NCBI GenBank assembly: GCA_004022145.1
Contig: RCNU01000014.1
DNA: 64,000 bases
Direction: 5' to 3' (one strand)
Origin: Paecilomyces variotii
Lineage: Eukaryota
The position numbers and the translations under genes are program-made. Below, one piece after another: positions 25,213 through 36,800 of the stretch (within the stretch, counting starts at the first letter, position 1; the number at the start of each line of letters is the position of its first letter). Below the pieces are notes generated by a model. It was not told where the DNA came from. It saw nothing but the letters and a program-made list of their open reading frames with translations, and did no database searches.

Positions 25213-26708
25213 TCATAGAGGATAACTCCTCACTTCATCTTCCTTCTCCACATCCAACCCCGCAGCAACTTGTTCTTCATGTTTCTTATCCAAATACTCC
25301 AACAGGACATCTGCGTATTTTTCCTTCCCCTTATATCTGGACACATCGTCTCCCCAGCTCCGAACCGCCGAGGCCAATCGACCAGGCACGTATGGCTCCT
25401 CAGCGATTTTCGTGATGGGTTCGAAATACGTCCGGATCGTGAACACGACGGCTCCAGAGCGAGGGAGACGTCGTAGTGATTGTCTCTCGGAGCGGAAGAA
25501 GTGGTGCTCGATAGCTTTGTTCTTCTCTGCGGTTCCCCAGCTGACTTCGGGGGAGTCTTCGGAGCCAATGCTATATGACCAGGGAAGACTGTCGTCTACT
25601 TGGATGAAGTAGTTGTTGCGAAGGACGGGGTCTTCGGGTCGAATGCGACGGAAGAAGTTCATCATGCCCTTTTCGAGCTTTTCTTTGTATTGGGGGACGT
25701 CGCCTGAGGTGTGGATTTCGGAGAGCGGCATGCGGTATTTGTCTTCGAGACGCCAGAAGCCTGCGAGGAGGACGGCGCCGGCGAGAAGGTAGTATTGGCC
25801 GTCTTCTTTTTCGAACATTAGCGCTAGGTCGTCTTGGACGAGACGAGCGGCGATTTGCATTGGGTCTTCGGCGAGGGGGCGTTCGATGATGTTGAAGGAT
25901 TCGCCGGTGACGATGTTGTCGAGTCCTACGTCGGTTTTCTTGAATAGAGTTGGGTAGCGTTCGGGGAGGTAGGAGGCGCTGGGGGGTTTGTTAGTGAGGG
26001 AGTATGAGACAGGGTATGTATATATTCGTACAGTTCTTCTAGCAGCTCGATGGCGCCGTCCATCGCTTCAGGAGCAGTCCTGCAGCATTTGGAACCGCGC
26101 TCCTTGATGCGACGGGCTTTGTCGGCGTGGTATTTCAGGTAGTGGTTGTCGAGTTCTGTAGTTCATGTTAGTTGCCGAATTAGGGAAAAATGCGTTGTGT
26201 ATAAGTCGTTCTTGCGTACCGATCCATTCATCCCACTTCATGGTTCTCAAGCCCATCGTGACAAAGTATTTTCTGCCATGTTGGTTAATATTGGCTCTTG
26301 GAGACCTTTGCGTGTGTGTGTGTGTGTGTCTGTACTTACGGTCCATGACGGAATGGCCGGTAGGGAATCGGCTTGGTCTTGTGTACATCCCAATCGGGGT
26401 ATGGAGAAGCAGTTGGTCTTTTGAAGTCGGACGGAATCCATTCTGGGAGATCTATTAGAATGTGATGGATAGCATTTCCCATAGGACGATTACATACCTC
26501 CAGGCTTTCGGTCAACCTTGAATCTGCCTCGGGGCCCTGGCTTCTCGAGATCTGGTGTGGACGGTCGAGCAACCTTTGCAGGCTGGTATTTCTTTACCGT
26601 AGTAAATACTAACCAGACAAAGGCATATATCGCAGAAATTGCAATGACTACATCCTTTATGTGCAGATTGCCAGCAAAGTGCAGCACTCTCTGGTGTAGT
26701 TCTTCCAT
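25213..26708 (-). CDS. DUF3445 / HRQ-family protein (heme-dependent oxidative N-demethylase alpha-subunit-like), multi-exon
   Basis: PYRPFRHGP, TMGLRTMKWDEWIELD, LPERYP, LVQDDLALM, IHTSGDVPQY, RNNYFIQ, RSERQSLRRLPRSGAVVFTIRTY, with an N-terminal TM segment. Confidence 0.85.
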
Positions 26709-27157
26709 TATGAAACGGGGCGATGAACTATCAACATCATTTACCGAGAGCAATAGAAGGCAGACGATCTGGGCACAGGCAGTTGACTTAAAGAAGCTGT
26801 CCTTGCACAGAGGACGTTGAATACGGGCATTACAAGCGAAGGCGTCTACTGCATTTTAGGGTTATGCAACGCGACCGTGCAGGCCGATCGACGCTGAGCC
26901 GATTTCGAGGTGTTTATCCAGTCCTTATCTGAGCATCGTGTGAGGGGCCGATGATTTAACGATGAGGATCATTCGCCGGCACAGCTTATCGATGCAAGAT
27001 ACGCATCTTTAACCGCGAGGGATTTCTTATCCCGTTTCGGTAAAGCCACACGTCAAACTCGACCACAAACTTCGAGTCTGGCTTCTCAACCTAGAGATTT
27101 GCGAGCGCTTGTCGCACGCCAGACGGATTCTTCAGGATAATAATAGCCGCTTACGAT

Positions 27158-29132
27158 CTAGCTGTTCTCCACGTCCACATCCCGACGCTTAAGCAGACAG
27201 TATCGGCCCCAGTGGCGACGATAGCGCGCAGGGATAAAAGGGAAATCGGGGATCCAGATCGTACGACCAAGAGTAGGCGTCTGAGAAGTGTCGAGGAAGC
27301 TCTTGCACGAGAGCGGTTCCCATGTCGCTTCATCCAGAATGTAGTTGGGTTCCAGCTCACTGGCTGTGCTGCCAGGGAAATACGAATCTACAAGGAACGA
27401 GCACTTGGAGATATCGGTCTATGTTTGTTAGCACAGCTTGACACAGAGAGAGTAGTAACTGAAGACAGATAGCCTTACATATTTCCCAGAGTCTTCCTCA
27501 TTGCGGTCGTTCATGCCAGCTGGAATGGCGGATGTTGCGTTGATAACGTCCCATATGGTTTTGCTTTCTGGGAACTCTCCTGGAAGTAGACCGCGAAATT
27601 CGCTCTTCACGAATTTCGCTTTCATGCCATCTGGCAGGAAGAATGACGACGGGAATCGATACCATTCTTTCCCTAGACACACAGAACTACCAGATTGCGC
27701 GGTCGACTGCTCGTGCAGCGGTTCGAAGACCTTGAGAGGAGCATTGTAGGCTGTAACTACACCGATAATCCGTAAAAGTCCGATGTTTACTGCTGCAAGA
27801 ACGAAGGACATCACGACTACCAACTTCAACTTGGCTGGAACTCGGCCGATCAGTTCCTTCGGATTCCCAGAGCCGATATACGAAAGGACCAGATGGAAAG
27901 CAATTGCTGCGTTCAGGGCAAGGAAAGGATATGCAGGATACATAAACCTTTCTTCCTTGTGAGGTTGCACCGTGAAGATCGCAAACCAGACGTAGAACGG
28001 AGCGACAAGCGTCACTGACCGGAGCAGTGTCTGCACCGAAGTCGCGTGGGGCCTGAAAATTGCCTGCAGGAGGAGTAATGGCGCCACCGACATGGCGAGG
28101 ATAAACCACAGGTTGAAGTTCAGGAGGAGATTGCGGATATAGAATGTCCACGGCTCCGTGCCGAAGATATCAGGTCCTCTACCCTGACCCCCGAAGACAT
28201 TGTAGGAAACAATGTTCCAGGGGACAACAGTGACCTTCCGGAAGAAAAAGAAATCTACTGCTACTTCCGCTCCCTAGTAAAGTCAGTAAACTACGAAATG
28301 ACCTCGGCCGATATCTAGGTAATACTTACCAACACCAGCAGGCTCCTGGAAGCGCCATCCAAAATAGCGAGTGTTATCTTCGCGAGATCTCCCGCAATGG
28401 CCGAAATAATGACTTCTTCAAGCAGAAGGGGGACCAAGAGAGCCCCGGCGAATGGCCAGCCCACGATGGCACCGATACCGAACCACATGATTCCCTGCGC
28501 TGTCTTTTGCCCACCTCTAAAGTCGATGAAGGCTGTGAGACCCAGCATTGACGTGTACATGGTGAAACTAGACGGGAGGAAAGCTGCGGATGCATGGAAC
28601 ATGCCTGGACTGAATGCTGCCACCATAAGGAACAGGAGCCCAATTCTCGGGTTGAGATTCCGACAGATCGCAGAGTATAGTCTCGTTTGACAGGCGGCGC
28701 AGAAGAAGGCGAGCACAAATCTGACGGTATAGAACTGAGAGATCTTGTTTTGAGAGAATATGGAACTGGCTTTCCCTATGGCCGCATGCAATGAGACATA
28801 CAGCCAGCTCCTTATAGAGTACTCGGGAGACCACTCCCACGTCTGAAGCCCATAGCCATGATCGAGGAAATGCGCTGGCTCCCAGAAGTTGAAGACCTCA
28901 TCGCAGTCTTGAATAGGCGCATAAGCTGCAGCAAGACCGTTCGATATGAGAGACAGGTAGAATGCCACGTTCAACGGTAGGTAAAAGCTCGAGGGCACTG
29001 GCCTAATGTCACGCGAATGTTAGCGTCGAATGCGAGAATCAATTGGAGGAGGCCATACTTGGGATTCGAACGAGACGCCTCTTGCGCGACATCATGAGGG
29101 ATGTCTACGCCCCTCTTTCTGGGGAGAGACAT
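27158..29132 (-). CDS. alg9: Alpha-1,2-mannosyltransferase ALG9 (GT22), 4 exons
   Basis: IQDCDEVFNFWEP, QTWEWSPEYSIRSW, FLPSSF, QPHKEERFMYPAYP, CLGKEWYRFPSSFFLP, GMNDRNEE. Confidence 0.95.
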
Positions 29133-29360
29133 TTTGACGTTTGCTGCGATCCAGCAATTCTCTAGTAGTGTGAGCTCTCGATCCTCCGTATTTGGCCTCA
29201 TTGAGCTCGGCGATAAGATTAAATACGGCAACCGCAACGGCAACTTGCGCAGATTCCAGAAAAAAGTTCCGCAAAGTTCACCAGATCTTCGAAATCTACA
29301 CACCCACCGCGCCCGCTTTCTTCAATAATTTCCGGCGGAAACTGCCTTGTGGAGTCAGTC

Positions 29361-31415
29361 ATGAGTGACGAGGCATCATCTGCTCAGGCCATGGGCGCCC
29401 CTGGAGGAAATTCAAACGAACCTCCGTTCAGACAATTCTCTATCGATAATGCGCCACCCACTGCCGCTTCGGAGAGCGCAGCAACGCCAGTAGACGATGG
29501 CAGCGATTTTTACAACACTCCTTTGGTGGCTGGGACCCCAGTCAACGCCTCAGAAAATGCACAGACGTCTGCTAACGACAGCGAACCTGCAACGTCGTCG
29601 AAGTCTGCTCCACTAATCCCAGGTCTCAGCCTCTTCAATGAGGGCGTCGCAGCTGGCTCATCGGACCCAGCTGGCAAGATTAACAATCATAACGAGACGA
29701 AACAGGATTCTACACCTTCCGGAGAAACTATGCAAGTCGATGCAGAAAAGGCCGATAGTGAGATGCGGGATGCTCCAGCAGCACCTGCAAATGCGAGCGC
29801 AGAGGAGCAGTCGACGAAACAAGACGGACTTGGGTCCCAACAGCAAGACAACGCTTCTGAGCCGGCGGCTGCTCAGACCAGTGATGCGATGCAGACTAGG
29901 GAAAGCGAAAGACAAGATGCGACTACTTTGAGGGAGCTTGCGGAGGAGGGTGAGCATCCGGAGTGGGAGATTGATTCTTCGCCATACGAATCGTCTTCTG
30001 ACGATTCTTCAACGGACTCATCCGACGACGATAGCGAGGAGGACGACGAAGACTACCCGATCCTTAGCCCCGAGGAGCAGGCGCGCATCCTGATGATGGT
30101 AGAAGCAGGCTCCGATGATGAGGAAGGGAAGGGAAAGTCTGGCGGCGCTTATGTGCGAACAACGAATGAACAACCTGAGGAGGTCCCTCCGATTCCTGAT
30201 GTCACAGTGACCCCAGACATGAAAATAGAATTTCTGGGGAATGTCCAGGCTATTGTGGATAATACTGTTCTGATCAGGGCCAGCACTTCTGGAGAGTACC
30301 AAGTTCTGGAGTCTGGCTCTCTACTCTGCCTGGAAGACCGTTCCATAGTCGGCGTGGTCTCTGAGACTCTGGGTAGAGTCCAAGAGCCACTCTATACTGT
30401 TCGCTTTGAGAGTGCAGCCGCTGTCGGTGAGCGCGGCGTGGAGAAGGAAAAACAAATTTACTATGTTCCGCAGCACTCCACTTTCGTCTTTACGCAGCCC
30501 CTGAAGGGACTGAAGGGTAGCGACGCATCTAACTTCCACGATGAGGAAATTGGGGAAGAAGAGATGGAATTCTCCGACGATGAAGCTGAGGCGGAGTACA
30601 AGCGAAAGCTCAAACTAAAACGACAGGAGAAAAAGCAGGCCAAGAATGAGTCTGCCGGCGTCGGAAGGACTAGGAGAGAGAATCCAGGCCCCTCGAAACT
30701 AGGGCAGATGGAACTCAACTACGACGACGTGAGCGGAGGAGACGGTTACACCCCGCTTGCCCGGCCGGCCAACCTCCATGAGATGATGACTACTCAAGAC
30801 GCACCAGTCGAAAGGAGCCATCATCCTGGCCGGGGTGGTCGTGGTGGACGTGGTAGAGGCGGTTCTGATCGAGGGTCTGGTCGAGGCCGTGGTGGTCGAG
30901 GTGGTTCGTGGGACTCGCGCCGTTCTTACGGTGATGACCGACGTCAGGGTCGAGATCCTCGTCAAGATTCCTCTGCATCGAATGAGTCTGAACAGAATCC
31001 TTATATGCCACCACCGCCTTTCCCGCAAGCCCAGCAGCAAGCCCAGCAGCAGCAGCAACAACAACAGTTCTACAACCCTGCGCAGTTCGCTGCCTACCCA
31101 GCATATCCTCAGACGCAACAACAGTATCCTCAGTTCCCCGCTGCGTCTCAATTCACCTTCCAGACACCATATCAACAACCGTTCCAGCAACAGTACCAGC
31201 AGAATCCCTACCAGCAACTGCCTGCAGGCTCTCCTATCAGTCCGGCTTTGATCGCGGCCCTGCAGCAGCATCAGCAAATGCAGCAGCAGCAACAGCAACA
31301 GGCTAGTTACCCACAGTCGCAGAACCAAGCTGCTGCTCTGAGCCAGGTTCAGGCACAATTGGATCTCTTAAGGCAGCTGAGCGGTGGTGGTGGGCAAGGA
31401 CCCCCGCGATCATAA
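29361..31415 (+). CDS. naf1: H/ACA snoRNP assembly factor Naf1
   Basis: Gar1/Naf1 domain (GVVSETLGRVQEPLYTVRF; KGSDASNFHDEE...EFSDDEAE), RGG box and Q/P-rich C-terminus. First ATG at 29361. Confidence 0.92.
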   Translation: MSDEASSAQAMGAPGGNSNEPPFRQFSIDNAPPTAASESAATPVDDGSDFYNTPLVAGTPVNASENAQTSANDSEPATSSKSAPLIPGLSLFNEGVAAGSSDPAGKINNHNETKQDSTPSGETMQVDAEKADSEMRDAPAAPANASAEEQSTKQDGLGSQQQDNASEPAAAQTSDAMQTRESERQDATTLRELAEEGEHPEWEIDSSPYESSSDDSSTDSSDDDSEEDDEDYPILSPEEQARILMMVEAGSDDEEGKGKSGGAYVRTTNEQPEEVPPIPDVTVTPDMKIEFLGNVQAIVDNTVLIRASTSGEYQVLESGSLLCLEDRSIVGVVSETLGRVQEPLYTVRFESAAAVGERGVEKEKQIYYVPQHSTFVFTQPLKGLKGSDASNFHDEEIGEEEMEFSDDEAEAEYKRKLKLKRQEKKQAKNESAGVGRTRRENPGPSKLGQMELNYDDVSGGDGYTPLARPANLHEMMTTQDAPVERSHHPGRGGRGGRGRGGSDRGSGRGRGGRGGSWDSRRSYGDDRRQGRDPRQDSSASNESEQNPYMPPPPFPQAQQQAQQQQQQQQFYNPAQFAAYPAYPQTQQQYPQFPAASQFTFQTPYQQPFQQQYQQNPYQQLPAGSPISPALIAALQQHQQMQQQQQQQASYPQSQNQAAALSQVQAQLDLLRQLSGGGGQGPPRS

Positions 31416-31741
31416 ACAGTACTAGGATGGGTTATGCAGGCTTATTTGCTGTTTCATCCAAGTTCGACGCTAACCGTGCATTTATATGGAGTTGGGGGAA
31501 GACTAAAAAGTTATATCTGGTTGTGTTTTTCTTGTGAAGATGATGGGTCAAGTCATGTACAGGTTAATCAAAAATAAATGTGGATATGGATATCCGCCTT
31601 GTGAGAGGCAATGCATGTATGATGGAGTAATGTCGCCATCAATGTTAGGTATACAGATATCGCTATGTAATGATAGCTATTGAGTCCTTTGGTAACTTGC
31701 TTTCCATAACAATCGTGCCATGCCATCGCTACTCCCCGTAA

Positions 31742-33514
31742 CTATGAGATGCCAGCTTGTTTGGAACTCTTAGCTAGAGTCCAGAAATTCTCCATCTTTG
31801 CTCGAGCTAGGGCGTCCTTGGCTGCCGAGTCGGACTCGCAGACACGAGCACCGAGCCATTTTCTGAACGCCCGAGCCTTCTCCTGACCTTCCCATAGTAG
31901 TGTGCATGTATTGAAACTGAGATCTTTCAGCTCTCCCTTTTCGTCCTCGGCAGCTAACCATGATGCCAGGGCCTCGCGATTTCCCTCGCGCACAGCACCT
32001 GGACCATCGTTCTCTGTCCAGTCAATGCGATTGAGCATCAGCTTTCTGTAGTCCTTGATCGAGTGGGGCCCTCCCTCAACGATCACCAAATTCAATTTCG
32101 GGTGCATGATACATATGCCAGTGAGTGCCATCTGTTCCGCATTCTTGCTGATCTTGAAGCGATGACGGCCGTTTGCGAGGCTGTCGATGCGGTATACGGA
32201 GACGAAGACACCCTTCTCTACATCTTTCTCTTGCTGCATCGCAAGCTTCTCACGGCGTTGCTCCTTGGTCAGCTTCCGCTCCTCATTCATTTGTTCGTGC
32301 TTCTCACGACGCTCCGCAATTTCCCTGTTCACACGAGCTTCGACCGCAGTAGGATCTTTGACGGCCTCCTCACCCAACACCCGCATGAGGTTGGATTTCT
32401 TGACCTTGGGTGGAGGTGCCGGTTCGAGACCCAGTCTGATCTTTGCTTGCTGTTCCTTGAGATCAGCCATTCGTCGTTGTCGACGAAGTTTGGCCTGCTC
32501 TTTGGCTGTGAGATACATGGGCTTCTGGGGAGGAATGTGCTTATCCTGAGGGGGTTCGAGAAGAACAGGATGCTGAACATAACGAGTAATGATAGAGTCC
32601 GGTGTATCGATCTTCATATTGTTCACATCGTCAATGGCAGAATAGTCGGTGCCATTTACCAGGCCCTCATCCCACCACTCGATAGCTGGAGGTGCGGGAA
32701 CCAGGAACGCTTTTTCTACGTCTAAGTCCTCATCAATACCAGCTTGACGGGCCCTCTCCGCAATCCGCTTTTTCATAGCCTCAAGTTGCGCTTGGCGCCG
32801 CAGTGCGGCCGCTTGCGCAATATACTTGCCCTTCTGGTTGAAAATAAGCTGGCGAGACTGACGTGGTCTGGGTATCGTGGCCTTCGGGCCAAGATTCGGA
32901 TCGAAATATGGATTATTTTTGATCTCCTCCAAAGATGGACCGGACAGGTCCAATTTGTCCTTTCCAGCGGACACGGGAGACTCCGTACGACGGTTTGCCA
33001 TGGTCGTCGCAAACTTCGGTTGCATAGCCTGTCGCCCTTTTGTACCTCGTGCATCCTGACCGGCATCTGCAAGTAGGGCCGGATGTAATCCCACGTCCAA
33101 ACCGCCGCGAGCTTTCGACAGTCCGTCATCGTCATAGGCCGGAGGTTGATAACTGGGAGCTGGAGCAGGGACCCGTTGCTGAGCTGCTGCCGCTTGCGCT
33201 CTTCCTGTAGCAGCCGCAACTCGAGCCTTCATCTGCTCCAGTCTTGACATGGCCGGGCCGCCAGCTGGAGGCGCCGGGCTGGGAGATGATACTGCTGAGG
33301 CGGGAGTTCCTCCTCTTGCAGCCTGGAGACGCGCGCGGACTGCCTCTGCCTTGGCCCGCGCCTCCGCGACCATCTTCTCGATGTCGACCTTGCCGGTAGG
33401 TCCATTGTTTCCTGGTAGAGGAGAGCCATTGTTGGACCGTGACCTTTTCTGCGCGTTATTGTCTTCACCCTCGGGGTGAGGCCGTTTCAGCACGTTGCCA
33501 GACACGTCCGCCAT
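31742..33514 (-). CDS. prp3: U4/U6 snRNP protein Prp3
   Basis: NPYFDP, PAIEWWD, YVQHPV, LTAKEQAKLRRQRR, PPPKVKKSNLMRVLG, DPTAVEA and C-terminal ferredoxin-like domain. First ATG at 33514. Confidence 0.95.
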   Translation of the reverse strand: MADVSGNVLKRPHPEGEDNNAQKRSRSNNGSPLPGNNGPTGKVDIEKMVAEARAKAEAVRARLQAARGGTPASAVSSPSPAPPAGGPAMSRLEQMKARVAAATGRAQAAAAQQRVPAPAPSYQPPAYDDDGLSKARGGLDVGLHPALLADAGQDARGTKGRQAMQPKFATTMANRRTESPVSAGKDKLDLSGPSLEEIKNNPYFDPNLGPKATIPRPRQSRQLIFNQKGKYIAQAAALRRQAQLEAMKKRIAERARQAGIDEDLDVEKAFLVPAPPAIEWWDEGLVNGTDYSAIDDVNNMKIDTPDSIITRYVQHPVLLEPPQDKHIPPQKPMYLTAKEQAKLRRQRRMADLKEQQAKIRLGLEPAPPPKVKKSNLMRVLGEEAVKDPTAVEARVNREIAERREKHEQMNEERKLTKEQRREKLAMQQEKDVEKGVFVSVYRIDSLANGRHRFKISKNAEQMALTGICIMHPKLNLVIVEGGPHSIKDYRKLMLNRIDWTENDGPGAVREGNREALASWLAAEDEKGELKDLSFNTCTLLWEGQEKARAFRKWLGARVCESDSAAKDALARAKMENFWTLAKSSKQAGIS

Positions 33515-33866
33515 GGCTGCAGAGTGAGAGGTGTGCGACTCACCCACGGAGGAGACCGGACCTGCTGCTTACTGCTGTTCCCGGTGATGGAAGAGAGGGC
33601 CGGACGTGGTTATGGTTGCTGGATGCTTTTGATGGAGTGACGCTGGCGATAAAGTCGCCAGACTAACCAGACGGAGAAGCCGGGCTTGGCTGGCCCGAGC
33701 GGAGGGCGGTGTTGCGCGGCAGAAAAAGCTCTCCACCGAAAAAAGTTCGTCGTCCGGAATCGAGACCGAGAAAGAAGTATCCCGCGCGGCGTTGTCCTGG
33801 AGGACATACTGAGGAATCTTACAACAGGCCAACGTGTTCTGGAGACGCTAGCTGCGGCATCCGAAC

Positions 33867-36800
33867 ATGGCAACCTTTTCGAAGCCTGTTGCTTCCTCGA
33901 TTGCAGGCATCGATTTCGGTGTCCTGTCCAGCGAGGAGATCAAAGCTATCTCCGTGAAGCGGATTCACAATACCCCGACACTCGATTCGTTTAACAATCC
34001 TGTTCCCGGTGGACTTTATGACCCTGCGCTTGGTGCATGGGGTGATCATGTGTAAGTGCATCAGATCAACCTCTGTCGACGATTTTCTTACAAGTTGATG
34101 ATTTCTAGCTGCACCACTTGTCGCCAGAGCTCCTGGTCCTGCAATGGCCATCCTGGGCATATCGAGCTTCCTGTGCCCGTCTATAATGTGACTTTCTTCG
34201 ATCAGCTTTTTCGGCTGCTCAGAGCGCAGTGTGTGTATTGCCACCGTTTCCAGATGTCGCGCGTTCAGATCAATGCCTACACATGTAAGTTGCGACTCTT
34301 GCAGTATGGCCTAGTCGACGAAGTGGCGGCCATCGATGATATGGGCCTCAGTAAAACAAGCGGGAAGTCCAAGAAGGCTGGAGAGGAGTCTGAAGAGGAG
34401 GAGGAGGACGCAGAAGACTTGATGGCGCGCAGGCTTGCATTCGTCAAGCGGGCTATCAGCAGAGCGCAGAAGGAAGGCAAGGTTCAGGGCTTCATGACTG
34501 GCGCGAAGAGCCCTGTTGCTGCAGAGCAGCGGAGGGTTGTCGTGAAGGAATTCTTCAAGGAGATTGCTAGCGTCAAGAAATGCACGAGCTGTAGCGGGTA
34601 GGTCCTCCGCACCTCTGGTCGTCGAGTGTCACTAACCCTAGCAAAAGCATTTCTCCCGCTTATCGCAGAGACCGATACTCGAAGATCTTCAAGAAAGCGC
34701 TACCTGAGAAGGCCAAACTCATCATGAAGCAAGCTGGATTTCAGGCACCAAACTCCCTGGTCTTGCTTCAGCATGCGAAGAAGTTGCCCAACAAGCCGAA
34801 GGAGCCTCTTACGAACGGTGCGACTGATCACATGTCGGATGCTGACAGTGTCGTAACTGAGCTACACGGAGCGGAGGAGGAAGTCGCTCGCGAGAATGCC
34901 GTGATTACTCAGTTGGAGGAGAGTCGGCCGAAGACACAGACAGCTGGAGAGGGCCAACAGTACATGCCATCGTCCGAAGTATATGCTGCCATATGTCTCC
35001 TTTTTGAGAAGGAGAAGGAGATCCTGAATTTGGTGTACAACTCTCGACCCACGTCGAAGAAGGAGTCGACTGTGACCGCCGACATGTTTTTCATCAGAAG
35101 CATCCTCGTGCCGCCCAACAGATTTCGCCCAGTGGCTGCTCAAGGACCAAACCAAGTTATGGAGGCCCAGCAAAACCAACCGTTCACCAATATCCTGAAA
35201 AACTGTGATCTCATCAATCAGATCAGTAAAGAAAGACAGACTGCTGGCCCGGACTCTGCAACACGCTATAGAGACTATAGAGACCTTCTCCAGGCCATTG
35301 TGACGCTTCAGGATACGGTCAACGGGTTGATTGATCGTGATAGGACCGCTCTCAGCGGTGCTGCTCTCGCCCAAGCACCCAACGGTATCAAGCAGCTCTT
35401 GGAAAAGAAGGAAGGTCTGTTCAGAAAGAACATGATGGGCAAGCGTGTCAACTTCGCAGCGCGAAGTGTCATTTCTCCTGATCCAAATATCGAAACTAAC
35501 GAGATCGGTGTGCCGCTTGTTTTCGCCAAGAAGCTCACCTATCCCGAGCCCGTGACGAACCATAATTTCTGGGAAATGAAGCAAGCTGTGATTAACGGAC
35601 CGGACAAGTATCCCGGCGCCGCTGCCATTGAGAACGAATCTGGTCAAGTCGTCAATCTCAAATTCAAGACTCTGGACGAGAGAACCGCTCTTGCGAACCA
35701 GCTCTTGGCCCCGTCGAATTGGCGCATGAAAGGATCCCGCAACAAGAAAGTCTACAGACATCTCACCACCGGCGATGTTGTATTGATGAATCGTCAGCCA
35801 ACTCTCCACAAGCCGTCTATTATGGGTCACAAAGCACGCGTACTCCCCAACGAAAGAACTATTCGAATGCATTACGCAAACTGTAATACCTACAACGCTG
35901 ACTTCGATGGTGACGAGATGAACATGCATTTCCCCCAGAACGAACTGGCAAGAGCAGAGGCAATGATGCTTGCTGATGCTGATCATCAGTACCTGGTTGC
36001 TACATCCGGAAAGCCTCTGAGAGGTCTGATTCAGGATCACATCTCCATGGGAACATGGTTCACCAGCAGAGACACTTTCTTTGACGAGGACGACTATCAT
36101 CAGCTACTATACAGCTGTCTTCGTCCCGAGAACTCCCACACAGTCACAGAAAGAATACAGCTCGTCGAACCTGCCATCCTCAAACCAAAGCCTATGTGGA
36201 CTGGTAAGCAGATAATCACCAGCATCTTGAAGAATATCACTCCTCCGGGTCGATTGGGTCTGAACCTCAAGAGCAAGTCTTCGACTCCAGGAGACCGATG
36301 GGGTGAAGGAAACGAAGAAGGCAACGTCATTCTTAAAGATGGTGAACTGCTATGTGGTATTCTTGACAAGAAACAGCTTGGTCCCACTGCTGGCGGTCTC
36401 ATCGACTCTATTCACGAGATCTATGGCCATACCATAGCAGGAAGACTCATTGGTATCCTTGGCCGATTGCTTACCAAATATCTTCACATGCGAGCATTTA
36501 CCTGCGGTATTGACGATCTCCGATTGACCGAAGAGGGCGATCGTAGACGCAGAGAGAAGCTCGACGAGGCTGCCAAGATCGGTCATGAAGTTGCATTGAA
36601 GTACGTAACTCTTGATCAGACCTCGGTACCTGACAGGGAAGCAGAGCTTCGGCGTCGCCTGGAAGACGTTCTCCGTGATGATGAGAAACAATCCGGTCTC
36701 GATAGCGTATCGAACGCTCGAACTGCTAAACTTTCCTCGGAAATCACTGCTGCTTGTCTGCCGAGCGGTTTGGCTAAGCCGTTCCCGTGGAATCAGATGC

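Noticed and set aside
34862-36100. 412-aa antisense ORF within RPA1 (and similar long shadow ORFs at 58657-60048 and 58769-59566)
   Set aside because: These are antisense or alternative-frame shadows of codon-biased genes with no recognisable domains.
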